From Vicinamibacteria bacterium (GTDB lineage: Bacteria; Acidobacteriota; Vicinamibacteria; Marinacidobacterales; Marinacidobacteraceae): 64,000 nucleotides of DNA. The notes under the pieces were generated by a model. It saw only the letters and a list, made by a program, of their open reading frames with translations. It was not told where the DNA came from and ran no database searches. Where the stretch lies: contig OZ241322.1 of assembly GCA_965199715.1 (NCBI GenBank), forward strand, positions 1,408,001 through 1,472,000, written 5' to 3'. Shown one piece after another: positions 1-9,130 of the stretch (positions are counted from its first letter, which is position 1; the number at the start of each line of letters is the position of its first letter). A program made the translations under genes and the position numbers.

Positions 1-8
1 CGACGCCC

Positions 9-446
9 GTGGACGCCGCCGAGCGGCTCGACTCCGCCGGGCGAATCCTGAACGTCCTCTGCCTGAGCGGGCTCTGGTGCGGCGACTGCGCCCGCACGGT
101 CCCGGTCTGGGACCGGCTCGCCCAAGCCGCCGGCCCCGGCGTGGACTTCCGCGTCCTCGACCGGGACGCCCGCCCCGAGGTCCGGGACGAGCTGCGGATT
201 CTCGGAGCGATGCGGGTTCCGGTCGCCGTGTTCCTGACCGAGGACTTCCACGAGGTCGGCCGCCTCGGCGACCGCCCGCTGTCGGTGTACCGGGACAAGG
301 CGGTCACCGAGCTCGGAGCCGCGTGCCCGCTGCCGGGCGCGGCCGGGCCGCTCGCCGCCGAGATCGCGGAGTGGGGCGACGACTTCGAGCGCCTGATCCT
401 CATGGCGCGCCTCGCGCCCGGGCTCCGCCGTCGCCACGGCGACTGA
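9..446 (+). CDS. Thioredoxin-family protein (possibly 5'-truncated by window edge)
   Basis: WCGDC motif, cis-Pro-like RVP; stop overlaps next ATG (TGATG). Confidence 0.8.
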   Translation: MDAAERLDSAGRILNVLCLSGLWCGDCARTVPVWDRLAQAAGPGVDFRVLDRDARPEVRDELRILGAMRVPVAVFLTEDFHEVGRLGDRPLSVYRDKAVTELGAACPLPGAAGPLAAEIAEWGDDFERLILMARLAPGLRRRHGD

Positions 447-2221
447 TGCGGGACCTCTGGCGCCGGCTCGGGCCCTACCTCGCCCCGTACGGGCGCCGGA
501 TCGCGGTCGGGCTGGGCGCGCTGCTGCTCTGCCGGATCTTCTATCTGGTCGTCCCGCAGATCCTCGAGCGGGCCATCGACGCGGTGCGGGCGGGCGAGAC
601 GGCCGGGTTGTGGCGCTTCGCCGCGCTGATCGTCGTCGCCGCGGGCGGCTCGGCGGTCTTCCGGTACTTCATGCGCTGGTACCTGATCGGGGTCTCGCGG
701 TACGCCGAGTACGACATGCGGCGCGACTTCTACCGGCGCCTCCAGGAGCTGCCCGCTTCGTTCTACGCCCGCTTCCGGGTGGGGGACATCCTCTCCCGCG
801 GCGCGCAGGACATGAACGCGGTGCGCATGGTGCTCGGCCCCGGGCTCATGTACCCGGTCGAGACCGTCATCACCACGATCGGCTGCTTCGCGTTCATGCT
901 CGCGATCAGCCCGCGGCTGACGCTCGTGGCGATCGCGGTGATGCCGGTCGTCTCGATCCTGATGAAGGTGCTCGGGCAGGAGATCTTCCGGCGGTCCGAG
1001 GTCGTCCAGGCCAAGATGGCGGACATCTCGGCGGTCGTCCAGGAAAACGCCGCCGCGGCGCGGCTCGTCCGGGCGTTCGTCCAGGAGGACGCCCAGCGCG
1101 CGATCTTCGCGAAGGAGAACGAGTCCTACGCGGCGCGCAGCATGGAGCTGGTGCAGGTCAGCGCGGCGCTGTTCCCCCTGCTGATGGCGCTCATCGGCGG
1201 CGGGCTCGCGGTCACGCTCATGTACGGCGGCCAGCTCGCCGCCGCCGGAACGATCACGGTCGGGGAACTCGTGGCCTTCCTCTTCTACTACGGCTACCTG
1301 ACGTGGCCGATGATCGCGCTCGGCTGGGTGGTGAACATCCACCAGCGCGGCGCAGCCTCGATGAAGCGGCTCGCGGCGATCCACGACGCCGCGCCGCTCG
1401 CCGCGCCGCCGCTCGAGGGGCCGCCCCGGGAGCTCGACGCGGCCCCGGAGATCCGGTTCGAGGGCGTCACCTTCGCGCACCCGTCGCGGGAGAACGGCGC
1501 GGTTCCCCGTCCGGTGCTCAAGGACTTCGACCTGACGATTCCGGCGGGCCAGACGGTCGCGCTGGTCGGCCGCACCGGCTCCGGAAAGACGACCCTCGCC
1601 CGGCTGATCCCCCGCATCCACGACCTTGACGGGGGGACGCTCCGGATCGACGGGAGGGACGTGCGCGAGTTCGCGCTGGAGGAGCTTCGCGGCGCCGTTG
1701 GGTTCGTCCCGCAGGACAGCTTCCTCTTCTCGGCGAGCCTTCGCGACAACCTCGCCTTCGGGGAGGCGGACGCGCCCATGGAGGAGGTCCGGCGGGTCGC
1801 CCGCGAGGCCGGCCTCGAGAGCGACATCGACGACTTCCCCGACGGATTCGAGACGGTCGTGGGCGAGCGCGGCGTCACCCTCTCGGGAGGCCAGCGGCAG
1901 CGGACCGCGATCGCGCGGGCGCTGCTTCTGGACGCTCCCATTCTCATCCTCGACGACGTGCTGAGCGCGGTCGATTCGGACACCGAGTCGCGCATCCTCG
2001 CCGCGGTCCGCCGCGCGGCGCGTCATCGCACCACGGTCATCGTGGCCCACCGCCTGAGCACGGTGCGGGACGCGGACGTGATCTGCCTGCTCGACGCCGA
2101 CGAGGACGGCGTCACCCGGATCGCCGAGCGCGGAACCCACGACGAGCTCCTCGCCCGGTCGGGCCTTTACGCCGCGATGTACCGGCGGCAGCTTCTGGAG
2201 GAGGAGCTCTCGCGGCTGTGA
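446..2221 (+). CDS. ABC exporter, fused permease/ATPase, heterodimer subunit 1
   Basis: ATG at 446 (MRDLWRRLGPY); TM domain, GRTGSGKT, LSGGQ, degenerate Walker B ILILDD. Confidence 0.9.
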   Translation: MRDLWRRLGPYLAPYGRRIAVGLGALLLCRIFYLVVPQILERAIDAVRAGETAGLWRFAALIVVAAGGSAVFRYFMRWYLIGVSRYAEYDMRRDFYRRLQELPASFYARFRVGDILSRGAQDMNAVRMVLGPGLMYPVETVITTIGCFAFMLAISPRLTLVAIAVMPVVSILMKVLGQEIFRRSEVVQAKMADISAVVQENAAAARLVRAFVQEDAQRAIFAKENESYAARSMELVQVSAALFPLLMALIGGGLAVTLMYGGQLAAAGTITVGELVAFLFYYGYLTWPMIALGWVVNIHQRGAASMKRLAAIHDAAPLAAPPLEGPPRELDAAPEIRFEGVTFAHPSRENGAVPRPVLKDFDLTIPAGQTVALVGRTGSGKTTLARLIPRIHDLDGGTLRIDGRDVREFALEELRGAVGFVPQDSFLFSASLRDNLAFGEADAPMEEVRRVAREAGLESDIDDFPDGFETVVGERGVTLSGGQRQRTAIARALLLDAPILILDDVLSAVDSDTESRILAAVRRAARHRTTVIVAHRLSTVRDADVICLLDADEDGVTRIAERGTHDELLARSGLYAAMYRRQLLEEELSRL

Positions 2222-3966
2222 GAAGCGACCGCAAGCTGCTCGCGCACGTGCTGCCCTACGTGCGGCCCTACTGGCGCTTCATCGCGCTCGGGGTCGCGCT
2301 GGTGCTGGTCCACACCGGCGCGCAGCTCGCGGGCCCCTACCTGACCCGGATTGCGATCGACGACCACGTCGCCTCGGGCGACGCGACGGGGCTCCCCGGA
2401 ATCCTCGCTCTCTACCTCGGGGTCCTGACGATCGGGTTCCTCGCCGCCTACGGCCAGGCGTGGGTCGTGAACCTGTTCGGCCAGCGGGTGATGCGCGACA
2501 TCCGCCGGGACGTCTTCAACCACGTCCAGAAACTCCACACGAGCTGGTTCGACCGCCACCCGGTCGGGCAGGTCATCACCCGCGCCACGAGCGACGTGGA
2601 CGCGCTCAACGAGCTCCTCAGCTCCGGCGTGGTGATGATCATCACGGACATCGTCCTGCTGGTCGGGATCGTGACCGCGCTCGCGATCATGAACTGGCAG
2701 TTGGCGCTCGTGACCTTCGGCGCGGTGCCGGCGCTGTTCGTCACCGGCTGGATCTTCCGGCGGCGGGTGCGTCCCGCCTTTCGCCGGGTGCGGGGCGCGG
2801 TCGCGGCGCTGAACGCCTTCATCCAGGAGACCCTCACCGGGATCGAGGTGCTGCAGCTCTTCCGGCAGGAGCGGCGCCGTTCGCGGGAGTTCCGCAAGCT
2901 CAACCGGGAGCACACGGGCGCCCACCTCGAGACGGTGTTCTGCTTTTCGGTGTTCTACCCGGTGGTCGAGATGATCACTGCGGTCACGGTCGCACTCATC
3001 GTCTGGTACGGCGGGCTGCGCATCGGGGCGGGGACGCTCTCCGTCGGCGGGCTGGTCGCGTTCCTGATGTACTCGGAGATGTTCTTCCGCCCGATCCGGG
3101 ACCTGACCGAGAAGTTCAACATCCTCCAGGGGGCGATGGCGGCGTCCGAGCGCATCGTGGAGCTGCTCGCGACCGAGCCCGAGGTCCGGACCCCGGCGGC
3201 GCCGAAGCTGCCGGCGCACCGCCACGGCTCGATCCGCCTCGACGCGGTCTCCTTCGCCTACAACCCGGACGACTGGGTGCTGAAGGACGTGAGCCTGCGG
3301 GTCGCGCCGGGCGAGACGGTCGCGCTCGTCGGCCACACCGGGTCCGGCAAGACCACGCTGGCGAGCCTGTTGCTGCGGCTCTACGACGTCCAGCGCGGCG
3401 CGGTGGTGGTCGATGGGGTGGACGTGCGCGAGTGGGAGGTCTCGCAGTTGCGGCGGCAGTTCTCCATGGTCCAGCAGGACGTGCACATGTTCTCGGGGTC
3501 GATCCTCGACAACATCCGGCTCGGCGACGCCGATGTGAGCGAGGAGCGCGCCCGCCGTGCGGCCGAGGCGGCCGAGGTCACGAGCTGGGCGCGGTCGCTG
3601 CCCCAGGGCCTCGACACGGTGCTCGGCGAGCGCGGCGGCGGGCTCTCGCAAGGCCAGCGCCAGCTCGTCGGAATCGCCCGCGCCATGGCCCGGAAGTCGC
3701 GCGTGCTGGTTCTTGACGAGGCGACCTCCAGCGTGGACACGGAGACCGAAAGCCACGTGCAGACGGCGCTCTCCCGGGCGCTCAAGAACCGGACCAGTCT
3801 CGTCATCGCGCACCGGCTCTCGACGATCCGCGGCGCCGACCGGATCGTGGTGCTCCACCGGGGCCGGATCCGCGAGAGCGGGACCCACCAGGAGCTTCTC
3901 GCCGCCGACGGGATTTACCGTACGCTGCACGAGCTGCAGTTCGATCAGGAAGCCGTCGTCACGTGA
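2218..3966 (+). CDS. ABC exporter, fused permease/ATPase, heterodimer subunit 2
   Basis: GHTGSGKT, degenerate signature LSQGQ, Walker B VLDE, AHRL. Confidence 0.9.
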   Translation: MRSDRKLLAHVLPYVRPYWRFIALGVALVLVHTGAQLAGPYLTRIAIDDHVASGDATGLPGILALYLGVLTIGFLAAYGQAWVVNLFGQRVMRDIRRDVFNHVQKLHTSWFDRHPVGQVITRATSDVDALNELLSSGVVMIITDIVLLVGIVTALAIMNWQLALVTFGAVPALFVTGWIFRRRVRPAFRRVRGAVAALNAFIQETLTGIEVLQLFRQERRRSREFRKLNREHTGAHLETVFCFSVFYPVVEMITAVTVALIVWYGGLRIGAGTLSVGGLVAFLMYSEMFFRPIRDLTEKFNILQGAMAASERIVELLATEPEVRTPAAPKLPAHRHGSIRLDAVSFAYNPDDWVLKDVSLRVAPGETVALVGHTGSGKTTLASLLLRLYDVQRGAVVVDGVDVREWEVSQLRRQFSMVQQDVHMFSGSILDNIRLGDADVSEERARRAAEAAEVTSWARSLPQGLDTVLGERGGGLSQGQRQLVGIARAMARKSRVLVLDEATSSVDTETESHVQTALSRALKNRTSLVIAHRLSTIRGADRIVVLHRGRIRESGTHQELLAADGIYRTLHELQFDQEAVVT

Positions 3967-4373
3967 GACTCGACCGGGAGGCCGTCCTCCGCATCCTCCC
4001 CCACCGGGAGCCGTTCGTCTTCCTCCACGGCGTGCGCGAACTCGAGCCGGGGGTCCGGGCGGAGGGGTTCGTGACGATTCCGGCGGACCACCCCTACGCG
4101 CTCGGCCAGGACTCCGCGCCGCCCGGACTCGTGATCGAGGCCATGGCGCAGACGGGCTGCGTCGCCGCGGCCGATTCCACCGAGACCCCGATGCGAGGGT
4201 TGTTCCGAGGCATCCAGGATTTCGCGATGGACGCGCCGGCTCCCTTCGGCGAGCGCCTCACGCTCCTCGCCGAAGTGACGAAAAAGCGCGGGCGGCTCGT
4301 CGAGGTCCGGACTCGGGCGCTCGTCGCCGGCCGCGAGATCGCGTCCGCCAACCTGTCGTTCGCGACGCTTTGA
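3963..4373 (+). CDS. FabZ/FabA-like hotdog-fold dehydratase
   Basis: ILPHREPF and PGLVIEAMAQ motifs. Confidence 0.7.
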   Translation: MRLDREAVLRILPHREPFVFLHGVRELEPGVRAEGFVTIPADHPYALGQDSAPPGLVIEAMAQTGCVAAADSTETPMRGLFRGIQDFAMDAPAPFGERLTLLAEVTKKRGRLVEVRTRALVAGREIASANLSFATL

Positions 4374-4374
4374 C

Positions 4375-5562
4375 ATGCCGCTGCTGATCCTCGTCCTCAT
4401 GGCCGGCCAGTTCCGGGGGCCGGATCGGGACGGTCAGGTCCACGTGTGGCCGGACGCGCTGCGCAGCGCCGAGAACTGGCCGGCGGAACTCGAGGAGGTC
4501 TGGCGGGTTCCGGTCGGCCTCGGGCACGCCAGCCCGCTCGTGGACGGGGATTCCGTCTTGCTGTTCGCCCGAAGAGGCGAGGACGAGGCGCTCCATCGAC
4601 TGGACCTCGCGGACGGAAGCGTCGAGTGGACGGTCTCGAACCCGGCCCCCCACGCGATGCACCGGGCGGCGCTCGATCACGGGCCGGGCCCCAAGTCCAC
4701 CCCGACGCTCGACGGCGGCCTCGTGTTCACGCTCGGGATCTCGGGGATCCTGAGCGCGCATGACGCGGCGACCGGGGAACTGCGCTGGCGGCGCCGTCGC
4801 TACGAGGAGACCCCGCTGTACGGGACCGGGAGCTCGCCGCTGGCGCGCGACGGCCGCGTGTTCGTCCACGTCGGCGGGACCGAAGACGGAATCCTCGCCG
4901 CGCTGGACGCCGAAACCGGCGAGACGATCTGGGAAGTTCCCGACGCCCCGGCCTACGTTTCGCCCGCGGTCGCGCCGGTCGCCGGGCTTCCCACGCTCAT
5001 GACCATGAGCCTGTCGCGCATCCTGCTGCTGCGCCCCGACAACGGGCGTGTCCGCTGGGAGACGCCGTTCCGAACGCCCTACGACCAGAACGTCGCGAAC
5101 CCGCTCGCGCTGGGCGACGTCGTCGTCTTCGGCGGGCTCGACCACCCGACCTTCGCGGTGCGCTTCTCCGTCGAGGGCGAGTCGCTCGTCGGCGAGACCG
5201 TCTGGGAGGCTGACCGGACCCGCCTCTACATGAGCAGCCCAGTGCTCGCCGGCGGGCGCCTCTTCGCGTTCGGCGAGCAGAACAGCGGCCAGTTCATCGC
5301 CTTCGACCCGGCGACCGGCGCGGACGTCTGGCGCTCGCCGCCGCGCTCGGGCGAGAACGCGGCGTTCCTCGTCCACGGCGAGACCGTCCTCGCGCTCACC
5401 GAGCAGGCCGACCTCATGGTGCTCGACGCCGCGAAACCGGACTTCCGCCCGGTGCGCACCTACTCCGTCGCCCCGAGCCCGACGTGGGCGCAGCCGGTTC
5501 CGGTCGCGGACGGGTTCCTCATCAAGGACGAGACCCACCTCGCCCGGCTGCGCGCCCCCTAG
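4375..5562 (+). CDS. PQQ-binding-like beta-propeller repeat protein
   Basis: QFRGPDRDG N-terminus, repeated ALDAxTGxxxW and SSP motifs. Confidence 0.8.
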   Translation: MPLLILVLMAGQFRGPDRDGQVHVWPDALRSAENWPAELEEVWRVPVGLGHASPLVDGDSVLLFARRGEDEALHRLDLADGSVEWTVSNPAPHAMHRAALDHGPGPKSTPTLDGGLVFTLGISGILSAHDAATGELRWRRRRYEETPLYGTGSSPLARDGRVFVHVGGTEDGILAALDAETGETIWEVPDAPAYVSPAVAPVAGLPTLMTMSLSRILLLRPDNGRVRWETPFRTPYDQNVANPLALGDVVVFGGLDHPTFAVRFSVEGESLVGETVWEADRTRLYMSSPVLAGGRLFAFGEQNSGQFIAFDPATGADVWRSPPRSGENAAFLVHGETVLALTEQADLMVLDAAKPDFRPVRTYSVAPSPTWAQPVPVADGFLIKDETHLARLRAP

Positions 5563-5572
5563 AATCGGACCC

Positions 5573-7897
5573 GTGGCGATCAACACCCAGACCATCGGGC
5601 AGCGGGTCCGCCGTCGGGAGGACCCGGCGCTGATCACCGGCGCCGCCCGGTACACGACCGACATCCCGCTCGACGACGCGGCGCATCTCGCGATCGTGCG
5701 CAGCCCCTATCCGCACGCCCGGATCCTCTCGATCGAAGCGGACGACGCCCGCGCCATGCCCGGCGTGATCGGCGTCTTCACCGGCGCGGACGTCCTCCCC
5801 AAGCTGAAGAAGTCCTTCCCGGTCGGACGGTCCACCGACGCCGGCGGGTTCACCGAGCTGCACCTTCCGAAGCGTTGGCCCATCGCCGGGGACCGCGCCC
5901 GGGCGCAGGGCGACCCGGTCGCGTTCGTGGTCGCCGAAACCGCGGCGCAGGCCGCCGACGCGGCCGTCGAGGTCTTCGTGGACTACGAGGCCCTGCCGGG
6001 CAGCGGCACGTCCCGGGCCGCCCGCGCCGAGGGGGCGGGCCTGCTCTACCCCGACGTGGCCGGAAACCGATGCTTCCAGTGGGACATCAAGGCCGGCGAG
6101 AAAGGCCCGGTCACCTCGTCGCCGCCCGGAGCGGACAGCGTGGACGTGGAAGTCGAGTTCCGCATCCAGCGGCTGATCCCGAGCGCGATGGAGCCGCGCG
6201 CCGCCGCCGCGACGCTCGACGGCGACCGGCTCGTCGTCTGGACCACGACGCAGGCGCCGCATTCCGCCCGCGACAACCTCGCCCGCATCCTCGGTCTCGA
6301 CAAGGCGGACGTGCGGGTCATCGCCCCCGAGGTGGGGGGCGGGTTCGGCGCAAAGGCCAACATCTACCCCGAGGAAGTGCTGGCGGCGTGGCTCGCGCTC
6401 CGCCTGAAGCGCCCGGTGCGGTGGACGGCGACCCGCACCGAGGACTTCCAGACGACGACCCACGGGCGGAACCTCTACGCGACGCTCGGGGTCCGCGCCG
6501 GGCCCGACGGCCGGATCGAGCACTGCGACCTGACCTCGCTCTTCGACTGCGGGGCCTACTACAGCAAGCCGGGTCCGACCACGCCGGGGCTGACCGGCGC
6601 GATGATCCCGGGTCCCTACGCGATCCGCTCGGTGGACGCCCGCGCCGAGGGAGCGTTCACGAACACCGCCCCGAACGAGCCGTACCGGGGATCCGGCCGT
6701 CCCGAAGCCACCTACATGATCGAACGGGCCATGGACGTCCTCGCCGGGCGGCTCGGGATCGATCCGGCGGAGATCCGCCGCCGCAACCTGATCCCCGAGG
6801 ACGCGTTCCCGTTCCGCACCGCGACCGGGCTGCTCTACGACAGCGGCGCCTACGTGACGGCGCTCGACCGGGCGCTCGAGGCGGGCGACTACGCGGGGCT
6901 GCGCGCCGAGCAGGCTCGCCGGCGGAAGTCGGGCGGGAAGCCGCTCGGGATCGGGCTCGCCTGTTACGTCGAGATCTGCGGGTTCGGGCCGTGGGAGGCG
7001 GGCGGCGTGGAAGTCGGGCCGGACGCTTCGGTCACGGTGCGCACCGGCACCTCCCCGCACGGGCAGGGCCACGCGACCGCGTGGGCGCAGATCGCGTCGG
7101 AGGCGCTCGGCGTCCCCGCCGAGTCGGTGCGGGTGCTCCACGGCGACACCGACGAGAGCCCCCGGGGGATCGGCACCTTCGGCAGCCGCAGCGCCCCGGT
7201 CGGCGGCGCCGCGGTGTTCTCGAACGCCGAGACCGTCCGGGAGCAGGCGCGGCTCGCCGCCGCCGAGCTGCTGGAGGCGGCGGCGGCGGACGTCCGCTTC
7301 GAGAACGGGCGCTTCTTCGTCGCCGGCTCGCCGGCCCGGGGCGCCTCGTGGCCGGAGGTCGCCGCCTTCGTCCACGGCGACGACGCTCCCGAGTCCGTGC
7401 GCGGGAAGCTCCGGGCGGACACGGATTTCCGGCCGCCGGGCGAGACCTTCCCGTTCGGAACCCACCTCTGCGCCGCCGAGATCGACCCCGAAACCGGCGC
7501 GATCGGGATCCTCCGCTACGTCTCGCTGGACGACTGCGGGCGGGTCATCAACCCGCTCATCGCCGAGGGCCAGGTCCACGGCGGGCTCGCGCAGGGCATC
7601 GGGCAGGCGCTGTGGGAGGAGGCGATCTACGCCGACGACGGCTCGCTGCTGACCGGCACGCTCATGGAGTACGCGGTGCCCCGCGCCGACATGCTCCCGG
7701 CGTGGGAGCTCCACCGGACGGTGACCCCGACCGACCTGAACCCGCTCGGGGCCAAGGGCATCGGCGAGGCGGCCACGATCGGCTCCACGCCGGCGGTCGC
7801 GAACGCGGTCATGGACGCGCTGCGGCCCTTCGGGGTCGAGCACATCGACACGCCGCTGACCCCCGAGAAGGTCTGGCGGGCGATGCGCGGCCGCTGA
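5573..7897 (+). CDS. Xanthine-dehydrogenase-family molybdoprotein large subunit (CoxL form II-like)
   Basis: RREDPALITG, VGGGFGAK, PYRGSGRPE, GQVHGG, GAKGIGE. Confidence 0.85.
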   Translation: MAINTQTIGQRVRRREDPALITGAARYTTDIPLDDAAHLAIVRSPYPHARILSIEADDARAMPGVIGVFTGADVLPKLKKSFPVGRSTDAGGFTELHLPKRWPIAGDRARAQGDPVAFVVAETAAQAADAAVEVFVDYEALPGSGTSRAARAEGAGLLYPDVAGNRCFQWDIKAGEKGPVTSSPPGADSVDVEVEFRIQRLIPSAMEPRAAAATLDGDRLVVWTTTQAPHSARDNLARILGLDKADVRVIAPEVGGGFGAKANIYPEEVLAAWLALRLKRPVRWTATRTEDFQTTTHGRNLYATLGVRAGPDGRIEHCDLTSLFDCGAYYSKPGPTTPGLTGAMIPGPYAIRSVDARAEGAFTNTAPNEPYRGSGRPEATYMIERAMDVLAGRLGIDPAEIRRRNLIPEDAFPFRTATGLLYDSGAYVTALDRALEAGDYAGLRAEQARRRKSGGKPLGIGLACYVEICGFGPWEAGGVEVGPDASVTVRTGTSPHGQGHATAWAQIASEALGVPAESVRVLHGDTDESPRGIGTFGSRSAPVGGAAVFSNAETVREQARLAAAELLEAAAADVRFENGRFFVAGSPARGASWPEVAAFVHGDDAPESVRGKLRADTDFRPPGETFPFGTHLCAAEIDPETGAIGILRYVSLDDCGRVINPLIAEGQVHGGLAQGIGQALWEEAIYADDGSLLTGTLMEYAVPRADMLPAWELHRTVTPTDLNPLGAKGIGEAATIGSTPAVANAVMDALRPFGVEHIDTPLTPEKVWRAMRGR

Positions 7898-9085
7898 CTA
7901 GGCGGACATCCCCCGCGCCGCGATCGGCCAGACCGCCTCCACGACGCCGCCGCGCACCGCGTGCATGCGGTCGTAGAGGTTCACCACCGGGTCGCAGTGC
8001 GACACGATGAGCTCCAGCTTGTCCCCGACCTTGTAGGTCCGGCTGGGATCCTCGTAGCGGATCGTCCCGAATTCGTCGGAGCCCGACGTGTAGCTCATCC
8101 CGGTCTCGCCCTTCACGAGGGGCCATGGCCGGTTGATCGTGCACGCCTTCGCGCCGGCGTCGGTGGTCGCGCGCCCGTCGTACTGCGCGTTCAGCACCGT
8201 CGCGAGGATCGTGAGCGAGGACTCGAAGTCGTCGTAGATCTCCGGGTTGTCGCGGCCCCCGATCACGAGGTACTGCGCATCCATGAACGCGTAGCTGCCC
8301 ACCTGCACGTCGGTCAGACCGGGAGTCTCGTGGTCGATGTTGTAGGTGCCGGTGCCGCCGCCGCTGAAGATCCCGGAATCGAGACCCGACGCCCGCATCC
8401 GCTCGCAGGTGTCGGCGGCGGCGGCGAGGCGCTCGAGCGTCTGCGCCCGCCGGGCCTCGAAGCCCATGACGTGCTGCGAGCCGCCGTCGTAGCAGAGCAG
8501 GCCCCGCAGCCGCAGCCCCGGCAGCCGGTCCACGAGCTGCGCGAGCCCGAGCGCCGGCGCGCCCGGCGTGATTCCGGTGCGGTGGCCCCCGGGATCCACG
8601 TCCACGACCACCTCGGCGGTGATTCCCGCCGCCTCGGCGGCCTCCGAGAGCATCCGGGCGTTCTCCTCGGAGTCCGTCGCCTGGACGAACCCCGGGCAGC
8701 GCCGGCGCAGGCCCATCGCCCGGCGGATCTTGTAGGGCGTGACGTTGCTCGTGGTGAGCAGCAGCTCGTCGATCCCATGGTCGAACAGCGCCTGCGCCTC
8801 GCTCACCTTCGCGACCGAGATGCCGACCGCGCCGGCGTCGAGCTGCATCCTCGCGATGGCCGGACACTTGTGGGTCTTCGCGTGCGGGCGCGGCGCGATC
8901 CCGTTGGCCGCCGTGACCCGCGCCATCTTCGCGACGTTGCGCTCGAGCGCGTCGAGATCCACGAGGAGCGCCGGCGTGTCCAGATCCCACATCGAGACCC
9001 CGTATTCGGCCGCCGCCAGCGCCGGAAGGGCCGCCGTCGCGCCCGCGGCGCCCAGAAATCCTCGTCGAGAAAGGGACATCGTCAT
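7898..9085 (-). CDS. PLP-dependent D-threonine aldolase/DSD1-family enzyme with Tat signal
   Basis: SRRGFLG Tat motif; LDTPALLVD, RPHAKTHK (PLP Lys), SGGGTGT, SDEFG, HCDP. Confidence 0.85.
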   Translation of the reverse strand: MTMSLSRRGFLGAAGATAALPALAAAEYGVSMWDLDTPALLVDLDALERNVAKMARVTAANGIAPRPHAKTHKCPAIARMQLDAGAVGISVAKVSEAQALFDHGIDELLLTTSNVTPYKIRRAMGLRRRCPGFVQATDSEENARMLSEAAEAAGITAEVVVDVDPGGHRTGITPGAPALGLAQLVDRLPGLRLRGLLCYDGGSQHVMGFEARRAQTLERLAAAADTCERMRASGLDSGIFSGGGTGTYNIDHETPGLTDVQVGSYAFMDAQYLVIGGRDNPEIYDDFESSLTILATVLNAQYDGRATTDAGAKACTINRPWPLVKGETGMSYTSGSDEFGTIRYEDPSRTYKVGDKLELIVSHCDPVVNLYDRMHAVRGGVVEAVWPIAARGMSA

Positions 9086-9130
9086 GCCGCCGAAGATAGC
9101 CGACCGCCGTCTTGGTAGCATCGACTTCCC

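Noticed and set aside
446-3966. Degenerate Walker B and signature motifs in the ABC pair
   Set aside because: Normal for heterodimeric exporters with one degenerate nucleotide site
5573-7897. Aerobic CO dehydrogenase
   Set aside because: Lacks the form I AYxCSFR Cys motif and the cox accessory genes
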